Source: Gammaproteobacteria bacterium (GTDB lineage: Bacteria; Pseudomonadota; Gammaproteobacteria; JABHGC01). From it: 64,000 nucleotides of DNA. The DNA is taken from positions 21,877-85,876 of the forward strand of contig JALWTS010000039.1 in NCBI GenBank assembly GCA_027077805.1. Direction: 5' to 3'. A model generated the notes under the pieces. The model saw nothing but the letters and a program-made list of their open reading frames with translations, did no database searches and had not been told where the DNA came from. Positions within the stretch are counted from its first letter, which is position 1; each line of letters opens with the position of its first letter. The position numbers were made by a program, and so were the translations under genes. Of this stretch, positions 62,030 to 64,000 are shown piece after piece.

Positions 62030-64000
62030 TTACCCCCTATTTGTTGAAAAATTGTTTGGATTTGCTCCATATCATAGGCAATCAACAAGGCTTGAATTTT
62101 ATCTACAAACCAATTCTGTTCAGGTGTTAACACTTTTTTTAATTCTTCAATGGCTTGTTCTAATTCATTAAACATACACAGTTCTGCCGATTGTATAAAT
62201 TCCGAAATTAAACTCTTAGGTAAACGAATGGTATTAATATCCTGTTGCACGGCTGGTTTTTCAATGACTTCTGTTGTTTGATATTCATACTCAACGCCTA
62301 GTAAGGCTTGTAAGGATTGATAAACCTCTTCTACTCGAAATGGCTTTCTTACCATACCATCACAACCTGACTGGGTAAATTTTTCGGCACTGTGATCAAA
62401 TACTGACGCCGATACCATGGCAATTTTAATTTTATGACCAAACAATTTCCGAATATGTTGTGTTACTTCAATGCCATTCATGCCTGGCATGCGATAATCT
62501 AAAAAAATAATATTAGGTTGTTCTTGTTGAGCTAATTCTAAGGCACGTTGACCATCGTTTGCCATGCTGACGTTAACGCCAATACTCGTTAATACATTCT
62601 CCAAAACATTAACATTGGTTTGATTATCATCAACCACTAATGCCTTAATATGATACCCTTTAGCAAGTCTGATAACTTTGGCTTTGGGTTCTTGGTGTCT
62701 TTCAATATAATTGGATTCGGCAGTCGCTAATTCCAAGGTAAAATAAAATCGAGTGCCTTGATTTAATTCTGATTCAACTCGTAACTCACCTCCCATTAAT
62801 TCCACATGTTTTTGGGCAATGGCTAAACCCAAACCGGTACCGCCTTTTTTAACGCCAGTATCCGATTGTTGAAACGCTTGAAAAACCGCCTGTTGATGTT
62901 TAACTTCAATCCCTGCCCCTGTATCAATGACTTCAAATAAATATTTATCTTCACTAATATTGGCAATTTGTAAACATACTTTGCCTTCTTCAGTAAATTT
63001 GACCGCATTCCCTAAAAGATTAATGAGGACTTGTTTTAATTTGCCTTGATCACCGGACACATAAACGGTTTCAGTAGGGAAATCTAAACGCATTTCCCAT
63101 TTTAATTGCTTTTGATTACAACGCAGTTCAAACATTTCAGCCAAATCTTTTACTAAGCCAATCAATTCAAAATTTACGGTTTTTAATTCCATACGCCCTG
63201 CTTCAATTTTGGAAATATCCAAAATATCGTTGATCAAATCTAATAAATGCAAACCACTGCGTTCAATAATATTTAAGGCTCGTTGTTGTTCAGGGTCTAA
63301 TTGGCCTTCACGTTGTAAAATTTGGGCATAGCCCAGTATCGCATTCATAGGGGTGCGAATTTCATGACTCATGTTCGCAATAAAAATAGATTTAGCCCGA
63401 TTAGCGGATTCTGCCCCTAATTTTGCGGTAAGTAATTGTGAATTTAAATTTTCTAACTCATGACTTTTGCAATCTAATTGATTATACGACTCTTGCAGTC
63501 TATCCATCATGGTATTGAAATTAAAGCCCATATTAGTAATTTCATCCTGACTGGTTTCTTCGGAAATATTTAATCGTACATTAAAATTACCCCCGGCTAC
63601 TTGTTGCAGTGAATCAATTAACTGATTGATTTTGTCGAAAATTCTATTTTTAAAAAACCATAGCAATAAAATTGAAAACATAATCGTTACTATAAAAGGT
63701 AATATATTACTAATAATCAAATGTTGTTGTTGTTGTTTATATAACATACTATCTAAGGCAACGGCTAAATGCCCAATCGTTTTATTCGTTGGGTTTAGCA
63801 ACGGTTTTGATTTAATAAAATATTGCGAAGGTTGATGATTAATCACTTCATAAATCACCTCAATTTCTTCAGTAGAGGATAAAATTAATTGATTATTATC
63901 ATCGTAAATAATTGCATTTGCTCCAGATAGTTCGGCCATGCGTTTGACTAATTCGGTATCAACATTTAATAATTTTAAAATCAAGATACGACCTGCAAGC
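62026..64000 (-). CDS. hybrid sensor histidine kinase (TM-HAMP-HisKA-HATPase-REC-REC); N-terminus probably beyond the window end
   Basis: [29 protein letters not shown], two receivers ([10 protein letters not shown]...DYRMPGMNG; second one C-terminal). The sensor region upstream of the single TM lacks a first TM, so the gene likely starts beyond 64000. Confidence 0.75.
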   Translation of the reverse strand, partial: LAGRILILKLLNVDTELVKRMAELSGANAIIYDDNNQLILSSTEEIEVIYEVINHQPSQYFIKSKPLLNPTNKTIGHLAVALDSMLYKQQQQHLIISNILPFIVTIMFSILLLWFFKNRIFDKINQLIDSLQQVAGGNFNVRLNISEETSQDEITNMGFNFNTMMDRLQESYNQLDCKSHELENLNSQLLTAKLGAESANRAKSIFIANMSHEIRTPMNAILGYAQILQREGQLDPEQQRALNIIERSGLHLLDLINDILDISKIEAGRMELKTVNFELIGLVKDLAEMFELRCNQKQLKWEMRLDFPTETVYVSGDQGKLKQVLINLLGNAVKFTEEGKVCLQIANISEDKYLFEVIDTGAGIEVKHQQAVFQAFQQSDTGVKKGGTGLGLAIAQKHVELMGGELRVESELNQGTRFYFTLELATAESNYIERHQEPKAKVIRLAKGYHIKALVVDDNQTNVNVLENVLTSIGVNVSMANDGQRALELAQQEQPNIIFLDYRMPGMNGIEVTQHIRKLFGHKIKIAMVSASVFDHSAEKFTQSGCDGMVRKPFRVEEVYQSLQALLGVEYEYQTTEVIEKPAVQQDINTIRLPKSLISEFIQSAELCMFNELEQAIEELKKVLTPEQNWFVDKIQALLIAYDMEQIQTIFQQIGGK

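Noticed and set aside
1-64000. CRISPR arrays, rRNA/tRNA genes, integrases, restriction-modification or other known defence cassettes
   Set aside because: No regularly spaced direct repeats, no tRNA-like cloverleaf candidates in intergenic gaps, and no recombinase/MTase/helicase-nuclease ORFs were seen. The only defence-flavoured elements are the RHH-PIN pair and the NYN protein.

Overview
This 64 kb window is AT-rich chromosomal DNA from a gammaproteobacterium. Synteny looks Pseudomonas-like, and a cyanobacterial-type TnpB together with RRM and NYN proteins hints at a Beggiatoaceae/Thiotrichales-like organism; that taxonomic guess is low confidence. Most of the window is housekeeping backbone, on the minus strand unless marked (+): trpG(partial)-trpE-gph-rpe, pmbA-tldD-CN hydrolase-yhdP, RDD/SpoIIM-like pair (+), RRM protein (+), trkA, a def-fmt-rsmB operon carrying an embedded DUF4390-ntrY-ntrX module, an NYN-LOTUS protein, a LysM (TsaP-like) protein (+), a MazG-like gene, glyS-glyQ, SulP (+), ppdK (+), ubiH-ubiI, two CDF metal exporters (czcD; fieF-like, +), msrB-msrA fusion, and glnA-ntrB-ntrC-glnII (+). 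The accessory or unusual parts are as follows. (1) A decayed mobile-element islet at about 29.4-34.2 kb, between glyQ and a c-di-GMP operon. It holds a 662-aa orphan protein with a winged-HTH (replication-initiator/HTH_36-like) N-terminus, an in-frame (GATGYT)n hexamer repeat and a C-terminal Cys cluster. Upstream of that gene sit three copies of a TTATCCAWWWA (DnaA-box/iteron-like) motif. Downstream are an IS3-family transposase remnant, a TnpB pseudogene with an internal deletion, and a 650-bp AT-rich spacer containing a G9 tract. (2) A four-gene c-di-GMP signalling operon: DUF4154(YfiR-like)-GGDEF-hybrid HK(REC-REC-Hpt)-REC-PAS-GGDEF-EAL. (3) A three-gene operon of hybrid HK, REC fused to a degenerate (His->Tyr) kinase-like domain, and a Hanks Ser/Thr kinase, lying divergent from glnII. 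(4) A membrane-anchored Hanks kinase, an RHH-PIN toxin-antitoxin pair, and a sigma54 promoter plus NtrC-type sites in front of glnII. No CRISPR array, rRNA or tRNA was recognised. All calls come from reading the supplied ORF translations and the DNA by eye; no database search was run.
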